48,573 nucleotides of DNA from Candidatus Rokuibacteriota bacterium. Its GTDB lineage: Bacteria > JAUVQV01 > DATDCY01. Numbering within the stretch: position 1 is the stretch's first letter; the number at the start of each line of letters is the position of its first letter. The notes beneath the pieces are model-generated. The model saw nothing but the letters and a program-made list of their open reading frames with translations. It did no database searches and had not been told where the DNA came from. Positions 46,148 to 48,573 of this stretch are shown in pieces. The stretch lies in contig JANOHV010000007.1 in assembly GCA_031406795.1 (NCBI GenBank), positions 1 through 48,573 on the forward strand, in the 5' to 3' direction. A program made the translations under genes and the position numbers.

Positions 46148-46816
46148 TCAGGGGCGCTCCGGTTTGCGCTGGATCGGTTCGAGCCCCGCGGCCCGCAAGG
46201 CTTCGTGCACCGCGTGGATATTGTAGGTTTGCACGCGTGCGTAAACCGCGCCGGGGGCGCTGTCCGCGCCGTCCGCCCCGCCCGTCCTGACGAGTCGGGT
46301 GCAGGCGATGCCGCCGCCCTCGAGTGCCGCGGCGATTCGCGATAGCAGCCCGGGACGGCCGTCGTCGAGCACCTCGACGAGCGAGGAGCCGGCCCCGCCG
46401 ATCCCGAAGAGTTTGCGGTAGGCGCCGAGCACGTCGCGCACCGTGATGATGCCGACCAGCCTCTCGTCGTGATCGACAACGGGGAGCGCTCCGACGCAGT
46501 GCCGATCGAAGAGCAGCAGCGCATCGTCGAGGGTCGCATCGCGCGGCAGCGCGATCGCCGGGCGGCTCATGATCGTGTCGATCCGCACCTGCCCGAGGCG
46601 CTCGAGCTGGTCCTGGCGCACGGTGGGGCTCAGGGCCGTCGAGGGGAAGGCGGAGCGCAGGTCGCGGTCGCTCACCATACCGACGAGGCGGCCGGCGGAG
46701 TCGGTCACGGGGAAGTGACGGAAATTCTTCCCGGAGATCAGATCCCGCGCCTGGAGCAGCGACATCTCCGGGTGAAGGCAGAGCGGGTCCGTGGTCATCG
46801 AGGCGGCTAGGTACAT
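46148..46816 (-). CDS. AcuB-like CBS-pair plus ACT-like protein
   Basis: Two CBS repeats (RHFPV, GMVSDRDL, LPVVD, GIITVRD); DGRPGLL ACT-like motif. Confidence 0.85.
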   Translation of the reverse strand: MYLAASMTTDPLCLHPEMSLLQARDLISGKNFRHFPVTDSAGRLVGMVSDRDLRSAFPSTALSPTVRQDQLERLGQVRIDTIMSRPAIALPRDATLDDALLLFDRHCVGALPVVDHDERLVGIITVRDVLGAYRKLFGIGGAGSSLVEVLDDGRPGLLSRIAAALEGGGIACTRLVRTGGADGADSAPGAVYARVQTYNIHAVHEALRAAGLEPIQRKPERP

Positions 46817-46823
46817 GGCGATC

Positions 46824-47807
46824 TCATGTCGGTTTTCCCCGTCTTTCGTCGTCGGCTCCGAGGAGTCCGAACAGGTACTGCTCGACCCCGTCGCAGAGCG
46901 AGCCGAGATGGTAGCCGCCCTCGAGCAGCGTCAGGGACCGGCCGGTGGCGAATTCGGCCGCCCAGAGGGACACGGCGCGGCCGAGATGTCGGAACAGCTC
47001 CGTGGTGTAGCCGAGCCCCGACATGTCGTCGAGGAGGTGGCCGTCGAAGCCCGCCGCGACGACGATCGCCTCCGGACGAAAGGCGCGCACGGCGGGGTCG
47101 ACTCGCTCCGCCAGCGCCTCGAGCACCGCCGCGTCGCGGGCCCCCGGCAGCAGCGGGATGTTGAGCGTCGCGCCCGTGCCGGGGCCGGTGCCGGTCTCCT
47201 CGGCGTAGCCGGTGCCGGGGAAGCTGAAGGTCGGGTGTTCGTGCAGGCTCACGTACAGGACGTCCGGGTCGGCCTCGAACGCGCGCTGGATGCCGTTGCC
47301 GTGGTGGGCGTCGAAGTCGAAGACGAGCACCCGGCGGCGCCCGTGCGCCTTCTGCCAGTGGCGCGCCGCGATCACGGCGTTGTTGAGAAAGCAGAAGCCC
47401 AGGGCTCGCGAGCGCTCGGCGTGGTGCCCGGGGGGACGCACGGCGCAGAAGGCGGAGGAAGCGCGGCCGGCCTCGAGGAGATCGATCGCGGTCGGGCCTG
47501 CGGCGGCGGAGAGCAGCGCCGCGTCGTACGAGGCCTCGCCGATCTGGTTGTCGCGGTGATCGAACCACTCGCGCCCGCAGAGCGCCGCCTCCTCGAAGCG
47601 CAGCAGATAGTCTTCGTCGTGGGCGGCGAGGATGGTGTCCCACTCGGCGGCGCGGGGTCGTTGCTCGATCAGCGACGACGACAGCGGCCCGGAGCGCAGC
47701 CGCTCGCACACCGCGGTGACGCGCTCTCGCGTCTCGGGGTGTCCGCCCCACGTGGCGTGATCAAGGGTGCGCTCGTCGCTCATCAGAATGAACTTTCGCG
47801 TAGTCAT
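46824..47807 (-). CDS. Zn-dependent histone deacetylase family protein
   Basis: HPE..ER, RPPGHHA, GFC, DFDAHHGNG, AGFD, EGGY. Confidence 0.92.
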   Translation of the reverse strand: MTTRKFILMSDERTLDHATWGGHPETRERVTAVCERLRSGPLSSSLIEQRPRAAEWDTILAAHDEDYLLRFEEAALCGREWFDHRDNQIGEASYDAALLSAAAGPTAIDLLEAGRASSAFCAVRPPGHHAERSRALGFCFLNNAVIAARHWQKAHGRRRVLVFDFDAHHGNGIQRAFEADPDVLYVSLHEHPTFSFPGTGYAEETGTGPGTGATLNIPLLPGARDAAVLEALAERVDPAVRAFRPEAIVVAAGFDGHLLDDMSGLGYTTELFRHLGRAVSLWAAEFATGRSLTLLEGGYHLGSLCDGVEQYLFGLLGADDERRGKPT

Positions 47808-47886
47808 GCGTACGGTGCGAAGGTAGCACCGGGCCCGGAGACTGTCCACAGAGTAAATGCCTCGGGAACGAGGACTGCCCGGGTCA

Positions 47887-48573
47887 TCAGGGCTGCGTGG
47901 GGCTGTTGTCGTCTCGTGTGCGATTCTTGCCGAAGGAGTCGGCGATCGCCCATGCCGCGCGGAGCTCATCCGGGCGTGACAGCCGCAGGCCCTTGGCGCT
48001 TCGTTCGACCCATTCGCGGTCTTCCAGTAGTTTCTTGACGTTGGCGGCCTGGCCGAGGCTCACCCGTGCCTCCTTGGCCAGTTCCAGGACCTTCCACGAC
48101 CGCTTGGGATCAGCCAGGAGCACGCTCAGGACGCGCGAAGCCTTGGGGGTGAAGAGCGACCGCAACTCCCGCTTCACGATCGAGGGATTCGGCCAGTCGC
48201 ACCGTTCGATGTAGATCTGCCCGAAGACGAGGCGGCAGTTCCCCGCCAGGTCGGCATACCCGATACCGGCCTTCTCGCAGATGGCTGCCGCCTGGGATGA
48301 GATGTAGGGGGCCATGAAGACCGCGTACATGCCGGGGGACTCATCGCGGTACCGATAGAGCTGATTCACCGCCTCCCGTGCGATGCGCGGCTGGCCGCTG
48401 CTCCTGATGAGGGCGATGATGACCTGCTCAGTTGTCGCGAGCGATACTTTGATCGCCAGGTCGGGCATGAATTCGCCCAACCGGGCATCCTTCTTCCACG
48501 AGACGATCTTCAGAAACGGGACTTTCTCGAGATAGGCCCTGAATGTGGCGACCAGCCGGCCGGCTCCCTCTTG
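47887..48573 (-). CDS. AbiEi-like (type IV TA antitoxin-like) wHTH protein; 5' end outside the window, possibly C-terminally truncated
   Basis: Frame open to 48573; SGQPR.AR.A, APYIS, DLAGNC, SLFTPKASRVL, ELAKEARVSLG. Confidence 0.65.
   Translation of the reverse strand, partial: QEGAGRLVATFRAYLEKVPFLKIVSWKKDARLGEFMPDLAIKVSLATTEQVIIALIRSSGQPRIAREAVNQLYRYRDESPGMYAVFMAPYISSQAAAICEKAGIGYADLAGNCRLVFGQIYIERCDWPNPSIVKRELRSLFTPKASRVLSVLLADPKRSWKVLELAKEARVSLGQAANVKKLLEDREWVERSAKGLRLSRPDELRAAWAIADSFGKNRTRDDNSPTQP

Overview
GC-rich bacterial chromosome window. The gene content suggests an anaerobic, Desulfobacterota-like ('deltaproteobacterial') organism; this taxonomy is inferred. 1-17.2 kb: surface-polysaccharide cluster (two asnB-like amidotransferases, heparinase II/III-like protein, glycosyltransferases, wecB, four tandem SAM methyltransferases, flippase, bi-domain oxidoreductase). 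17.4-25.8 kb: znuABC, an Rrf2 regulator, a cydA'-'cydB deletion scar, ahpC, a B12 radical SAM protein and a two-component system. 25.8-27.8 kb: the mercury-methylation operon hgcAB. hgcA has an in-frame Cys-UGA (probable selenocysteine) with a SECIS-like hairpin and is preceded by an 18-Cys metallothionein-like lipoprotein. 27.9-29.6 kb: ppnP and thrC. 29.8-31.8 kb: the best candidate for an undescribed system, a deviant HPRT paralog, two tandem ~147-nt covarying structured ncRNAs with their own promoters, and a degenerate cytidylate-kinase-like/PD-(D/E)XK fusion. 32-48.6 kb: yajD-like HNH, TrmH-family methyltransferase, waaF, GT2, SPFH/zinc-ribbon proteins, recQ, thpR, Hsp20, an HDAC-CBS-ACD-CoA transferase/GNAT operon and an AbiEi-like gene. 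Several REP/MITE-like repeats and small gene remnants are also present. All assignments come from motif recognition by eye; no database searches were run.
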